From: Schizochytrium sp. TIO01 | Taxonomy: Eukaryota > Protista > Bigyra: Labyrinthulomycetes | Length of the DNA stretch: 64,000 bases | NCBI GenBank assembly: GCA_004764695.1 | Contig: SMSO01000033.1 | Span: 744,001-808,000, forward strand | Direction: 5' to 3' | Part shown: positions 11,277 through 23,371 of the stretch, one piece after another | How the letters are laid out: every line of letters begins with the position of its first letter | How positions within the stretch are numbered: the stretch's first letter is position 1 | Made by a program: the position numbers and the translations under genes | The notes under the pieces: model-generated | The model's database searches: none | What the model was told of the DNA's origin: nothing | The model's input: only the letters and a program-made list of their open reading frames with translations

Positions 11277-13709
11277 ATGGCGCAAGAATCCAAGACATTG
11301 CTGGAGGCTCTCGAGTCCAATTCGGCTCGTACTTCTGATAAGTCGTTGTTTACGTATGTAGGAGATCAAGGTGAAACCCTCAAAAGCTTTACTTATGCGG
11401 AATTTGATCAAGCCACAAGCTCACTCGCGAGCGCCATGGTTTGCGAAGGAGGCTGGGGTCTCAAATCTGGTGACATTATTCTCCTGGTGTACCCGCCCGG
11501 CCTGGAATTTATTGTCGCATTTGTTGCCTGCCTCAAAGCCGGCATCGTGGCGGTTCCAGTATACCCGCCGCGACCAGGCATGTCAAAGGACCTGAAGATG
11601 TTTGTGGCTGTTCAGGCAAGCTGCAAGGCAACAGTTGCACTCACAAGCTCCACTTATGATTTTGCAAAGCGTGTCGCAGGTTTCAAGCAGTTCTTCACCG
11701 GAGGCACGAAATGGCCTTCGCTAAGGTGGCTTGTTTCTGATGATGGAAAGCTCCCTTCAGGAGTCCGCGGATCCTATGAAGAGTCTGTGCCAGCCCCAAC
11801 GCATGATACTCTGGCTTTCCTTCAATACACGTCAGGTTCCACTTCTGCTCCGAAGGGTGTAATGATAACACACGGAAACCTTGCACATAATCTTTCTGTT
11901 ATCATTCATGCTCTCAAGGCCTCAGACGCAACAAAAGTGGTTTCGTGGCTGCCTCAATACCATGATATGGGTTTGATTGGCTCACATCTTGGCGCACTGT
12001 ACTGTGGAGGCTCGGGAACCTACATGTCACCCATTTCTTTCATTAAGAACCCTCCTCTGTGGATGGAGATGGTTTCAAAGCACCGCGCGACTCATTTACA
12101 AGCTCCAAACTTTGCGTACAAATTGGTTGTGCGAAAGTGGCGTGAACAAGGCCGTAGCGCTGCAGACCTTGACCTATCATCTGTTGCGCACATTTTCAAT
12201 GCAGCGGAGCCGATTGAGCTCGACGCAATGGAGGATTTTTTGGAGACTTTCGCTGCAGCAAAGCTTAAAAAGTCCGCAATGTCACCTGGTTATGGGCTCG
12301 CTGAGCACACTGTGTACGTTTGTGATGGCGGCAAGCAAGTTCTTTTCGTTGATAAAAAGGCATTGGAATCTGATCGCCGCGTGGAACTACTTCCATCTAA
12401 AAACAGCCCCAATTCAGCAATCATGATTGGCTGCGGTGACCCTCATCGTCATGGATCAAGATTTGGCATTGAAGTGCGAATTGTGCATGAAGAGGATAGC
12501 CGTGACCTTGGTGAAGACGAGGTTGGAGAAATCTGGGTTTCTTCCCCTTCAAAGGCTGTTGGATACTATGGCATGGACGAAAAGACAGAGGAAAGTTTTC
12601 ATGCCAAGATCAAGGATGCAGATGGAGCTTTGGTAGAGCCAGAGCTGGAGTTCTTGCGTACAGGTGATTTGGGATTTGTACACAAGGACGAACTCTTCAT
12701 CTGTGGTCGCCTGAAAGATTTGATCATTATTCGTGGTAGGAATCACTTTCCACAAGATATTGAGCACACTGTGGAGCATGCCGATGGCAACATTCGGCCT
12801 GGATGCGTCGCCGCATTTACAGTGCAAGGAGAACAAGGGCAAGGTGAGCGTTTGGGTGTTGTTGCTGAGGTACGTGACTCGAAGTCCTCAGGTTTGGACA
12901 AGTTGGCTGAAAAGTTGCGCCGGGAAATTGTTGCCGAGCACGGAATTGCTCCTCATATTGTTGTTCTCATTAAAGATCGAACAATTCCCAAAACAACAAG
13001 TGGTAAAATCAGTCGGTTTCGTGCGCGCGCAGCACTCCTCAACGGCGAGTTGCAGGAAGTTTTTCGCTATGAAAGCACTCCGGTCAAGGAGGATGACGAT
13101 GAAGACGCTGCTGAACTTGAGTCTCAGGTATCAAAGAAGAATATTAAGGACAGTGTTTCTGGTGATGTTGTTGATGGTGCGACTGTACCGGCAGCGACAA
13201 CATCCGTTGCTAGTGCTGCACCAGGTGCAGGTGGAGCTAAAACCTCGTCACAGCCAGTTCCCATCGGTTCGACAGCAGCTGACAAGCGTGGACCAGGCAT
13301 GCACGGTGATGACCTTCTAGAGGCTCTTAAGGAAGAGGTGGCCCGTTTAATCGAGAGTGATCCAAGTGGAATGGACCCTCATGTCGCTCTCTTTCAACTC
13401 GGCATGGATTCTGTCACTTTGACTCAGTTTAAAGGCATCTTGTCGAGCGCCTATGGTACAGAAATCGAAGAGTTTGAGCTCTTTGACGAGGACACTTCTC
13501 TTGATTATATTCGCCAACGTGTTGAGGGTGCTCCTATGGCCTCAAAGTTTGCTAATATGGCAGGCGCTGGAGGTCCCGCTGCAGGGGTAACAGGAGCAGC
13601 AGCAGCAGGAGGCCCCCCACCAGCAACTCAGAGTCGCCCAAATACCGCGAAGAGTCGGCGTCCCAAGCAGAAACTTTGTGGCTGCTTCACCATGTGTACT
13701 GGCAAGTAA
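11277..13709 (+). CDS. Fatty acyl-AMP ligase (FAAL) fused to a C-terminal acyl carrier protein domain
   Basis: FLQYTSGSTSAPKGV, SWLPQYHDMGLIG, YGLAEHT followed by a FAAL-type insertion, LRTGDLG, GRLKDLIIIRGRNHFPQDIE, PKTTSGKI; ACP motif LGMDS (Ser at 13410-13412). Confidence 0.9.
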   Translation: MAQESKTLLEALESNSARTSDKSLFTYVGDQGETLKSFTYAEFDQATSSLASAMVCEGGWGLKSGDIILLVYPPGLEFIVAFVACLKAGIVAVPVYPPRPGMSKDLKMFVAVQASCKATVALTSSTYDFAKRVAGFKQFFTGGTKWPSLRWLVSDDGKLPSGVRGSYEESVPAPTHDTLAFLQYTSGSTSAPKGVMITHGNLAHNLSVIIHALKASDATKVVSWLPQYHDMGLIGSHLGALYCGGSGTYMSPISFIKNPPLWMEMVSKHRATHLQAPNFAYKLVVRKWREQGRSAADLDLSSVAHIFNAAEPIELDAMEDFLETFAAAKLKKSAMSPGYGLAEHTVYVCDGGKQVLFVDKKALESDRRVELLPSKNSPNSAIMIGCGDPHRHGSRFGIEVRIVHEEDSRDLGEDEVGEIWVSSPSKAVGYYGMDEKTEESFHAKIKDADGALVEPELEFLRTGDLGFVHKDELFICGRLKDLIIIRGRNHFPQDIEHTVEHADGNIRPGCVAAFTVQGEQGQGERLGVVAEVRDSKSSGLDKLAEKLRREIVAEHGIAPHIVVLIKDRTIPKTTSGKISRFRARAALLNGELQEVFRYESTPVKEDDDEDAAELESQVSKKNIKDSVSGDVVDGATVPAATTSVASAAPGAGGAKTSSQPVPIGSTAADKRGPGMHGDDLLEALKEEVARLIESDPSGMDPHVALFQLGMDSVTLTQFKGILSSAYGTEIEEFELFDEDTSLDYIRQRVEGAPMASKFANMAGAGGPAAGVTGAAAAGGPPPATQSRPNTAKSRRPKQKLCGCFTMCTGK

Positions 13710-14198
13710 TAAAAGTTTGGTCTCTAATGTCTGTGTCAACAAAAGTCTACATCAAACAAATACGTTGTTTTTTAAATCTAAATAAACAGAATGAAGGAAA
13801 CGCATAACGTTATGAGTAGCTTTTCGGATTAAGTTATCTTGCCGTTTCTGCTTTCTGTCGGCCAAATCAAGATAAATTAGCTGGTTGAATATAACTTGTG
13901 CTGAGCTTCGCAAACCATAAGAATAGGTCATCCATCATCTAGTTAAGAGTCTCCAAAGAGGAAATAATATAGGGCAGATATTGGCTTCAACCACTCATGT
14001 TCATGCATGATATGAATAGCATGAGAACAAAGGCGTATACAGCTCTAAATTTGCATCTATTAGTTTTTAGAAATGAGAAAAAAAAATTCGGTTTAAAGGT
14101 GGTAAGTAACTTGTGGTGAAAAGAAAAAGAAAAGAAAGTAAGTATATACGCAGAAGATAGGCGTGGAGCCCTTCATCCGATAGCGATTATCTTGAGTT

Positions 14199-14799
14199 TT
14201 AAAGAAACTCAGTCATGTGCTTGATAGGACGTTTATACTTGTCCTCAATGCTCTTGATGATCTCTGGGAGAGCTTCGCCAAGCTCTGTAGCCTTGGGAAC
14301 GCATGCCTGGCAAAGCTCAAGTGCGATCTTGGCGCCAGTAATAGCCTCCTTAGGGTCATCCTTGACGTCAAGGTTGAGAACATGCATCTCCTTATATTCA
14401 GACTTCTCACGGGATTTGATGTCTTTAGCAACCTCGTCAAAGACACGCTCCTCGAAGCAAAACACAATCTTGAATTGCGAAACATCCTCAAAGTCCTGCC
14501 AGCGCTGCGGGTTCTCCTTGATGGAAATGTTGCGGTCGAGAAGTGCCAGAAGGCCCTTGTCACGGTACCACTCGAGCTCTCCACGGCGAATAATTTCCGC
14601 CTTCATCTCCTGATAGGTCTGGTCAAAGTCAAAGTCCAGGGACCTTCCCGAAGGCGATGGCAGCCGGACCTTGTTGCCCACACCGAAGGACTCCACATCC
14701 AGGCCATTCTCCTTGAAGATTTTGTGCGCCTCCATGGATCTGTTATTGTTGCTGGAGCAAATCACAGCAAACCTGCAGTCGTTCTCATCGTCGTCATCG

Positions 14800-14832
<33 letters not shown>

Positions 14833-14987
14833 TCATCCTTCTCATCTTCACCCTTGTCTTCTTCACCCTTGTCTGCTTCTTCGTCATCATCTCCATTTTC
14901 CTTTCCGGCATCCTCCTCTTCTGTCGTCTTCTGCTTCTTCTCGGCGGCAGCCTCCTCAGCCAAGTCGTCCTCGCGATCGTGCTTCAT
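14199..14987 (-). CDS. SSU72: RNA polymerase II CTD phosphatase Ssu72 with acidic N-terminal extension
   Basis: Catalytic CX5R motif in ICSSNNNRSMEAH, SFGVGNKVRLP, LLDRN..IK..PQRWQ, CFEERVFD; ATG at 14987 (MKHDREDD). Confidence 0.92.
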
Positions 14988-16762
14988 GGCGTGACAGTTG
15001 CAAGTGTTCGAGAGGCAATGGCGTGGGCACAAAGTACAAACGGAAGACCTGAGGTGGACAGGCGAGTGAGTAGTGCGGACAGAGACTCACGGTCGAGACC
15101 TTCGCGTGGTCAGCGCTCACGGGGTTGGTGGACTGTTGACGCTCTTTTTCCCTCGTCTTCAACAGATACTATAATTCCTTATATCTACCATCATACTTTG
15201 GAGTAGATACCTGCTGACACAGACCTGGTACAGAAGCCGTACGCTTCAGTAGCTACAAGTTTAGACGCAACTCACAGCGGACATCGCACCTTGTCCATAG
15301 ATAAAATCGCTTCACACGAGGCCTGCAGCAGCTTGGGCTTGTCTTCGTAAGCCAAGATGAACAAGTCCCTGAGCAAGATAATGAATGAACTTTTCTTTTT
15401 CCTTTCTCTCTCAAAGTTTAAAAGACGAAGGATCTTACCTCCATCGATCATATATTTTTAGTATGAAAAGCAGCAGAGCAAGCACGCGAATGGACTTATG
15501 GTTCGCACAGATGGTACTTAGTGAACTTGTATGAGTGTGAAAAGTATAGGTACGTGTTTGAGGCATATCTCAAATTAGCATATATATATGCAAAGTTTGG
15601 GTGGATGGGGTAGATGAGATGAGTTTACCAGGGACTGATCCCACAGAATCAGGCCTACCTAGAAAGGCGTTTCACGGGGGAAGAAGAGAATTCTACGCTG
15701 ACAACTCAAAAGCCGGAGGTGATAAGCTTAAATATTTTAGCTCGGGTCAACAATTAAGTTCAAACAATTGCTGTTGCACTGATGACTAGGTATATATTTA
15801 GTTGGTTTGACTGCTTTCGAAAAAAATATAAGTTGATTTAGAGGAGCCAACAATTAACAATATGACTATAATCATATGTATAAAGTACCATGGCCGGAGA
15901 ATGGGAGACAACACCTATGGCATTGACCAGAATCCTAATTGTAGAAGTAAAAACGTATTGCATTTGTTTATATCAAGAATTTAGAGTAAAATAAAAATCA
16001 CAAATTTCTCTAGCAGAAGTAAATGGGCGTTTACGTTAGTGTCTTCAACTTTAGGTTCTGATGTCATGCAAACGTGCCCATACATCCAACATCAATTTCT
16101 TACATACTGAGTCTTAGTTTCTTTATCAACACTGGGGGGGCTTATGTAACACTTAAGTTGAAGCACAATTGCTGCGCCTTGTTGGCCAGCTTGACTACGG
16201 AAGATTACATTTGTTCACTTGTAATGATTGCGAAAATAAGATGATTCTCACCGAAGAGGAAGCCCGCTGTACGCGGGTTTATTTACAAAAGCTATTACAA
16301 TAAATCCCAACCTCTGATCCGAACAAGTCTGACAAAAAAAAGCTGAAAAGATTGAAAATAGAATTCACGGAATGAGGGTGGAACTACTTGAATTAGATCG
16401 GAGTACCATGCCTAAATTTTTGCCAAAGGCCATGACTAGGGGGAAATTTGTTGCAGCAAGCCTGGTGCGGAAAAGACAAACAGTGCAATTTTATATAATG
16501 TAACCTCGAGCTTCGAGCTACAGCGTACTGAGTGAGCAAAGGACATTTTCAGAAACAGAACACTGAAGTACTACTCCCTGTCACAACATACCATGGCGAA
16601 ATAACGCAGTAGATTGCAGGCAAACAAAAAGAAAGGCTAGTAAGGGGCTAAATCAGCAGGTGCCCTACAACAAAACAACAGGAAGAGAAAAATAGAGAGG
16701 AAAGGGGGAAAGAAAAGGAAAATAACACAACATAACAGCACACATCGGAAAGTCCTGAGCGA

Positions 16763-18202
16763 TCACATGACGATGAGGCCATCTACAAGCGTAGCTTTCA
16801 GACGCTCAACAAGGCCTGGGTCCATATCTTCAGAGAGAATAAGACGAGTCACCCGCAGCTGAGCGGCAGTCATATTCTGCATCTGTTGATCAAATGTCAT
16901 GCGCAGTTCCCACTCAAATTCCCAATGGTTTTCGGTATTGCCAAACATGTCAATAGACTGCTCACGGCGTGTGTGGCGTACTTGTGCAAAGCCCTTGGAA
17001 AGAGTAATAGCAATGCGCCAGCCGTCAGCATTGCGTACGTCCTTTGTAGGAAACTCCATGGTGAGTTTCTCTTTGATTGCTACAGTGCTCTGCAAGACTA
17101 CGTTCTGGTGGATGCATTTAAGCACCTTAGTGACCTTCGAGTCAACGCCGACTGCAACAATAATCTGCCTTACGACAAGCTGCAGATCGCTTCCTTCGAC
17201 GACACTGTCCTGGATTTCGTGTACTTCTCCCATCACGGCCAGGCGCTCGTCCTCGTCGGGCTCGAGGAATTCCAGCAGCACAGCAATTAGATCTACAATC
17301 ATACGAATGATGGCAATGTTGCTGCTGAGTTGATCTGCTTTGATGGAGCTACGACCGTCCTTTTTGCGGCGTGCAGACCATCTTGCAAGTCTGCTATTGC
17401 GCTTGTTCTCGATAGGGTTATCGTCTACACTTACTCCCTCTGTAGGCTGTGTTGTCTGGTCGGAGACCTCAGAATCATCAAGTCTATCTCCTTCGTCATC
17501 CAGGCTACCGCTGCTTGCCTCCACAGCAGGCTTCATGGCCAGATGTGTCGATTCTAGTTTGCTCGAGCCAGGGGCCATGTAAAGAATCTCATCAGTATGG
17601 TCGAGTACAACGACGCGGCGCACGAGTCGAGGCAAATCTTTGCAGACGGGAAGATCAAAAACATCCTGCTGCCACATTTGATTCATCGAGTCATAGATGA
17701 CAGCTTCAGTGTCTTCCGAAAGAACAGCGTCAAGCTTGACACGAGAGGTGGCGCGGCCAATGAAGGATGTTTTACGGCTGCGTGGCATATTCCTTGATGA
17801 AGGGAACTTGAGGCGAGTGATTTTGGTGCTTTTGAATACATTTGTTGCAGCTCCACGAGCAGCTTTTGCGCTGTGCATGACCTTACCTCGAACATTAGTA
17901 GCATGCGTTGTATCGGATGCATCGTCGCGCATAAGCTCGCTGTCATCGAGGCGGTCCTGATCCTGGTCAGGGTCTTGCACTGTTTCCGCGTCAAGCATTG
18001 GGTCATATTCGGGATTGCTTGTACGTGAAGACCCACTTTTCTTCCGCGGCATCCAAGAGGATGGTCTCGACATCTGTGAGCCCTGTACGCTCTCCTCACC
18101 TGATGTACGTCTGCTGCTCACCTCGCTGCGTTTACGTGTATCGCCATCCACTACTTCTGTAACCTTTCGCAACTCGTTTAGAAGATGTGAAAATAATGAC
18201 AT
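16763..18202 (-). CDS. Hypothetical protein: disordered N-terminus and folded C-terminal alpha/beta domain
   Basis: 479 aa ATG-initiated ORF. The C-terminal TKDVR..GWRIAI...VRHTRREQ..FEWELRMTFD region is reminiscent, from memory only, of an uncharacterised domain in amoebozoan GlfB-like proteins. Confidence 0.75.
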   Translation of the reverse strand: MSLFSHLLNELRKVTEVVDGDTRKRSEVSSRRTSGEESVQGSQMSRPSSWMPRKKSGSSRTSNPEYDPMLDAETVQDPDQDQDRLDDSELMRDDASDTTHATNVRGKVMHSAKAARGAATNVFKSTKITRLKFPSSRNMPRSRKTSFIGRATSRVKLDAVLSEDTEAVIYDSMNQMWQQDVFDLPVCKDLPRLVRRVVVLDHTDEILYMAPGSSKLESTHLAMKPAVEASSGSLDDEGDRLDDSEVSDQTTQPTEGVSVDDNPIENKRNSRLARWSARRKKDGRSSIKADQLSSNIAIIRMIVDLIAVLLEFLEPDEDERLAVMGEVHEIQDSVVEGSDLQLVVRQIIVAVGVDSKVTKVLKCIHQNVVLQSTVAIKEKLTMEFPTKDVRNADGWRIAITLSKGFAQVRHTRREQSIDMFGNTENHWEFEWELRMTFDQQMQNMTAAQLRVTRLILSEDMDPGLVERLKATLVDGLIVM

Positions 18203-21200
18203 TCTAATATGAGCGGCTGCGTACGAGATCCCGGAAAGTTTCCCACTGAATACGCAGCTAGACCAGCTCAGAGGATCTAATCAAGTTGATCTTTGGAAGC
18301 CTGCCTTTGCTCCTTGGTTTGTCCTGTTGTCCTGCGATCGTAAAGCACGGTAGTATGTTTCTGGTTTCTACCCCCGCTTATACGATGAACTCAAGCAATT
18401 AATTAATATACGAGCCAGCGAGCCGCACGGGCCAGCGCTGGACCGCGTTAAGCGCCACCCCCCACTCTTTACGCCCAAGGTGGCGTCGCGTGGTGTTGCG
18501 GTACTGCTCACGGCTTTGCCAAATGCAAGAAGACAATACCGAAAAGACCTCTCCGCAGCACGTGCACGGAGGCGATGGATGGAGGGTTGATGAATTAGCT
18601 CAATGGATCGAAGACAAGCGAGCTCGAAACGACGGAGCAAAAGTCTCCGCGATGCTCTGCGGTTCTAAGGCGGATATGACCGTCCTTTTCCTGGTGCTGC
18701 TGTTGACGGGAGAGCGTATCACGACAATCTCTGCGCTTTTGCGTGCTTGGGCTTGCTTGTTGCTGGCTCGCGCGTGTAGAAAGAAAATAAGAGAAGTCTG
18801 AATTGAACTAAGAAAGTAATACCAAATATGAGAGGAAAAAAGAGAAAAAAGAAACAATCAAAGATGTAAGTGAAAGCTCTCCTAGATGACTTCTATCCTT
18901 AACTATAGTAGTAAAGTAACTTAAAAGGAACTTGAAAGAAAAACTTTAAAATGATAGATTATCAGGTACCTCTGATGGTAGGTAAATAGATAGATAAGCT
19001 GTAGGAGAGAGAATAAATATATAATGAAACGGAGGCGGCGAAGCAGCGCTTACCTGAGTACTTGCCCTTCCTAGCCTGAAGGAAGAGGATGTGCGGCAGG
19101 CAGACATGATATCATCATGAGGTGGGCTGAAGTGCTGTCGTTTGATAGTTTAGTCTAGAGATACGGTACCGGAAGGTGGTTTTATGAAGGAGCAAACAGT
19201 CACTTGTTACATATTGATATCCCAGATAACCTTTCGAAGTAACAAATCAATAGAATATTCATTTCAATTCTTTTTCTTTTTCTCTTTTATTGTCAGTTTA
19301 GGAGGCGAGTTAATTTGACTATCCATCGTGAAGCTGAGGTGGGAGAGCAGTCAGAGACCCTTTTGGTTTCAAAGCAAAGTATAATTGTAAAACTGCTGGG
19401 GCCTCGTCGAAATGCGACAATTTTCATTTGCTTTTTGGGCATGAAGTTATTTTAAATGATCAATTACACTTGGGCTGAAAAGAGAAAACGATTTTAAAGA
19501 AACAGCATAACACTTTTTATTATTGACCCTATACTACTGCTAGCTAGCCTCTTTTATTCACGCGCTTTTACTGTAACTATGTAAGGAGAGAAAAGGAACA
19601 CTTTGAAGATTTATTCTCCTATGATAGACTACCATCGGGTACAAAGTTTATTTAACTTGCTTCAGAAGATGGTTTCCTTCGAAAGTACAAAGCTACGACT
19701 CGTGACGAATATCGCAAAAGCCTATGTGATAAGATGGTTTATGATCGGGATGACAGCGTGCGAAAAGACCATACTAGACAGCTCAAGACTCTCAACCACA
19801 CGCGGGCGGGGGTGAAGCTCCTGCTTCGTCTCCAGTCTTCAGCCCTTAATAACCTGATAAAATAGATTTACTTCTCAAATAGCATCAATCAAAACGCGCC
19901 TGCAAGTTCTATAAAAAGTCATAAAATCAACACAAATAAATCAACAGAATCAAAAGCTTGCTCACTCCTGTTCCATGAGCATCTCAGAAATGGTATTTAA
20001 ACTCCTTTTCAACCTCGTCGAAAACACTTTCTCATTGACTTTCATGAGCTCTTTTTCTAAACTCCCTCGCCCCGTGAGTGCACATGGGAGTCTGATCGCC
20101 CTCCATTTGCATTATCGTAATTTAATTGGCCAAAGGTCGTCACGTTTTGAGGATAGGCACTGAAGTATTGAACCACAAACAGTTGAATGCTCACTCTCCA
20201 ACTCAGAAAAGGTCGAGGCTTGCTCTACTGCCGTAGTTAGTTGGCAACTCAGGAAGTTGCCAACTCAGTTCGATGTCTCAAGAGCTACGTAGCAGTTCAA
20301 GCGCCCGCTCGGCAAACTGTCAAGAGGGAAAGATCCTCTTCAAGTTACATTTGGTTCCAGGTGCTCCATTGCTCTCATGATTTGCATTCACTTTCCATCT
20401 TCTAGATCCCACGCCGCCAGGAATACTGCCTCATGATGCTGCGACAGCACTCATCCAGGTCAAGGCGGGCTTTGGAACTTAGCCATCGTTAAAGGGGAGT
20501 TGAGAACCAGAGCTAACTCAGCAGATCTGTACAAACCTTGTGGAGTGTGTGCTTTTCGGGTCTTCAAGTCGCTTCATAGTTGAAATATTTCTTTGATTTT
20601 AGGTATAAATGATTATTAATATATATTTTACTTTATTACATGGTGCAATGAAGTGAACTTTTTCTTTTCTTCTCTTTTATAGTTTAGATCGAACATTTTA
20701 CATTCTCTTCCTCCACAAATGTGCTGCAAGCGTTGTTGCCGGTATTAATGATGCCCAGCTTCTTGTCGTGGTTGCTCTTTGTTTGTGTTGCCGCTGCTGC
20801 TCTTGATGGAGCTGCTGTTGAGTTTTGTCTGACGAACAAGTGCCACCATTAATTTGAGGAGCATAGATACAGTGGCTGGCGCGTCGTTAAGTGCAAAGAA
20901 CTTTGCGGCAAAGAGGGTGTCTGTTGTCTGTATCACCCAGGCTGAGGTTATAGACTTAAATAGCCTAACTAGCTAGTGTATTTGGGCTGATCTATGACAC
21001 TCGTGACCGCTGTATTGTGCCGATTGAGAACTGCAGTTATTTATTTGCTTCAAAGAAGCCCAGGTGTTGCAATTCAACTGACCAGCGAGTCCTTGCTCTT
21101 CCCCGGCTTCCTTGGCAGCTCAACAAAGCTTAGTTTTTGTTTTAAAAGGAAGGGAATGAAATATTTGCTTCTTCCAGCTACAGGCGCCTCTTCAAAAGCG

Positions 21201-23278
21201 GCCTTTTACTTTTCTGGACCCAACTAAAAGTTCGCTGATGACACTCAGTCAATGCCACAGCAGGAATTTGATGTAGGATGAAAACTCCGTAGTTAAGGAA
21301 AGGAGAGAGGTTTAGTTAGATTATCAAGCTCGTAAATCATTGCAGCCCAAATGAACTAGAAAAATCAAAGCTGAGAAATGTCTGCTTGAGTATTATTCAA
21401 TTTGATCGATCATAAGGTTTTGCCAAGTTGGAATCTTCAAACGATGAAAGTGCAGCACGTGCACTAGTGCACACGCTCACGAGAGAGCAAGGATATTCTT
21501 TATTTAAAGGATATTCTTGACATAAAGACGCGTGCGGGATAATAGAATTGGGTTAAAAGAGAGCCACGCCGTGCCACTCTCAGGCTCTTCCTATTAATCC
21601 TCTCACTCAGATTTATAAAAAACCAAGCCAAAGCGTATTAACTAGGAGGCGTTCGCGTTCCTCTTAGAGAATATCACCACTCAGGCTGGCGAACCTGCCA
21701 CCTATGAAGGCCTGGAACTAGTTTTTATTAATCACTTGTATTTACTAAATACAGGATTGAAATAGGTGGGTAGTAGGTTTTGCGTTATTTGTTAACGATT
21801 CCAGAAGGTAGTTATATAAAGGAAATAGTGCTTTGGTGAAAGTGTCACTTACCTCTTACTAAAGAATAGTAGGCGGTAGGTAGTAAGTGACCTCTCCATC
21901 ATCAATATGCTGCAAACTGCCTTCAAATAGATGTTTTAGGGAACTGAGTTCTATGTGTCATACAGCTTCAACTTTTGACATGCTCGCTTGTATATTGAAG
22001 ACCGACCTCCCGCTCGTTTTGAAATCTCCTATAATATAATCGTTTACTCCTTCGCAGATGATTGCTCGTTCGAAGATTTGTAATGTGGTTATTTGTTCGA
22101 AACCCAAATATAGCGCAATCCGGTCTGATTACCACGGTAGCACACACTAGCAATGAGTAGCAGCACCACCTTCATAATGAATTCGCATTTTAAGAAATGC
22201 AACTTACAATGGCCCACGACGTTGATCTGCTTCATTCTCTTACTATCATAATATATATACCTAAATCTTCAATGTTACTATTAAACAAGTGCCTTACGAA
22301 AGATAGGAAAGTGGGTTAGTCAAAAAAGATATTCGAGCGTTTATTGAATAATAGCTTTAAGGAATCTTTTTTATTTTTTTCACAACGCGCAAGCATCTGG
22401 GTTCATGCTGAACACGCCCCGGCAAGCCCGATGGCACGAAAGAGGGAGTTTCTTTCATTTCATGCTAGTTATGTTCTAAAACTCACATTCGAGATCTCAA
22501 CAAATCCCGCAGTAAACAACTCAACGATTATCATTTTCAGTTACGCGTTTGCTTGTATATAAATATGTTATATATGTATATAACAAATCATACCTTAATA
22601 CTAATGTATCTCGCAGGGTACTTGAAGGTTATCACAACCAAATTGTTTGGACCGGTGCGCAATCCCATTCCAGGTGTGCGCTCAAAATCAGTTGCTAAAC
22701 ATGCAATTCCTAACCAAAACCGGATCTGAAAACAAAGTATCTGCGCGATTGTACTTCATATCTTAGTTGTTGCAATTCCATTTCGATCATGAGGTTCTTT
22801 GTTAGGAGCAACTAAGATGTAGGTACTTACTATACTCGTATCAATTTATATATTAAGAGCATATATATATGATATGCGCATTTCTGTAGCTAGGTCGCAA
22901 CCTACCAGCAGACTTGCTCTGGATGCCCTGTTGCGCTTATTACTAGTACCTTCTACTCTTTGTACAGCATAAAATAGCAAAAGGTTTTCTTGCATAAACC
23001 TATCAATGTATGCTCTTTATATGAGAAGACAACACCTGTGCGCTTTTATGGCAGATCTTCGAAGGCAAATTCATCGTAATTCTTCAAGAATACCCATTGC
23101 CAGCCACCCTGAAGATAGACCACTTTCATATCCCATAGCAGCAGCTATCTACAGTATCATATCGCTCCGTACCAGTCCTGATTCATTACATCTCTGGAGG
23201 CACAACCCATTCTAAGTTCACCAGATTCCAGAGCACACATATTCAATTGCTCTGTGATGCATAGTTCCTGCTTTGACA

Positions 23279-23371
23279 AACAGCGGCACGGCAATGAACT
23301 TGCACCGTGTGCCATGTATCATCGTCTGCAATGTCTCTGGTGCAGCATTCATTGCTTATGGTGCCGTTGTT
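23279..23371 (+). ncRNA. Candidate structured RNA hairpin (pre-miRNA-like)
   Basis: Stems AACAGCGGCAC/GTGCCGTTGTT, GGCAATGAA/TTCATTGCT and TTGCACC/GGTGCAG; all non-Watson-Crick pairs are G:U on the + strand. Confidence 0.35.

Noticed and set aside
14217-15206. 329 aa + strand ORF with a poly-Val/Ile hydrophobic stretch
   Set aside because: Antisense to Ssu72; the hydrophobic run is the reverse reading of the GAC/GAT repeat.
16745-16762. GGAAAGTCCTGAG, resembling RNase P/MRP CR-I
   Set aside because: It would run antisense into a coding sequence, and I found no CR-V partner.
21195-21215. GCCTTTTAC, identical to U5 snRNA loop 1
   Set aside because: The flanking stem, internal loop and Sm site do not fit U5.
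22566-22585. AT-rich palindrome TGTTATATA-TG-TATATAACA
   Set aside because: Low-complexity TA repeat; expected by chance.
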